The position numbers and the translations under genes were made by a program. DNA of 51,058 nt, from the NCBI GenBank assembly GCA_030141605.1, contig JAQGDQ010001267.1:1-51058 (forward strand), given 5' to 3'. The DNA is from Tubiluchus corallicola. Its lineage: Eukaryota; Animalia; Priapulida. Below the pieces are notes generated by a model. The model searched no databases. It saw only the letters and a program-made list of their open reading frames with translations, and was not told where the DNA came from. This document shows, one piece after another, positions 50,334-51,058 of this stretch; position 1 is the first letter of the stretch; every line of letters begins with the position of its first letter.

Positions 50334-51058
50334 GCAATGGTATAAGAGCAATAAACCTGAAAGTTGAGAAAGGAAAACATAATATGTAATTACGACTTTG
50401 AGTGAGCCTTAAAGAGTGATATTTTTTTATATAGTTACGAATAAGAATTATATGATTATCTGTCAATGTACCACTTACTTGTATTACAATGCACCATATT
50501 GCTTACTTGTATATATAATGATATACATATACACATATATGTACCCAAATTGTGCTGCTACTTTTATTTACTAACGTATATTATTTTAAGTCCATTTATG
50601 ATGTATTTTTTACTAACTCTTTTATCAGTTACTAACTGAAAAGCCCAAGAGTATTTAGTCATCAGTCATAAGTAATTTATATCACATTACACATTTACAA
50701 TAGTTTCATGTACAATATCTAGTGAAAGGGCCTACAATGAACATAATACAAATAAGAAATACTGCACAGGAAAAGCCTCAAACACTGTTCACCTATATAC
50801 GAAGGTAAATGTGTTGCGGGCAATCAAAAAGCAGGGCTTGTTAGATTGTCCCACGCAGTGATAGAAAAAAAGTAATGAAAATAATCTGAAAATTTAAAGT
50901 GAATCGTGTGATAAAAAAACATTAGTGCTTAAAATGGAATGATGTAATGAATGAAGCTCATATATGGGATGATATAAAAGATAGAAAGACTATTATTTGT
51001 TAATAGTATGTAAAATTAAAATAACTTGATTAAGCTAACACCACTGTTTTGCAACTAC

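Noticed and set aside
43405-51058. Further upstream dynein exons
   Set aside because: I found no dynein-like peptide with suitable splice sites; a short diverged exon cannot be excluded without alignment.
50700-51058. Possible reversed CR1/L2 3' fragment
   Set aside because: Only a faint peptide resemblance; cut by the window end.

Overview
AT-rich, repeat-dense animal (probably invertebrate) genomic DNA; no prokaryotic features. The backbone is the middle of an axonemal inner-arm dynein heavy chain gene on the minus strand, best matching DNAH12. I read 15 GT-AG exons between 43404 and 1537 with compatible phases, 2474 nt in total (about 824 codons), covering tail end, linker, AAA1 with Walker A/B and the AAA1 small subdomain; both gene ends lie outside the window. 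Its 17.2-kb intron (19033-36210) holds, on the opposite strand, an intact single-ORF gene (28701-30416, 571 aa) with about 12 ankyrin repeats and a FEM1-type BC/Cullin box. A hAT MITE inserted at this gene's stop codon and duplicated it as part of the target site. The introns hold many non-autonomous elements with readable termini and TSDs: hAT, 6-bp-TSD, Kolobok-like, Tc1/pogo, piggyBac-like and Helitron-like elements, tRNA SINEs, RTE and RTEX-like LINE ends, and a solo-LTR-like segment. They also contain a candidate 5S-rRNA-headed SINE with an RTE-like body, and several satellites, two of which arose inside MITEs whose unexpanded copies are also in the window. Family names come from recalled motifs, not database searches.
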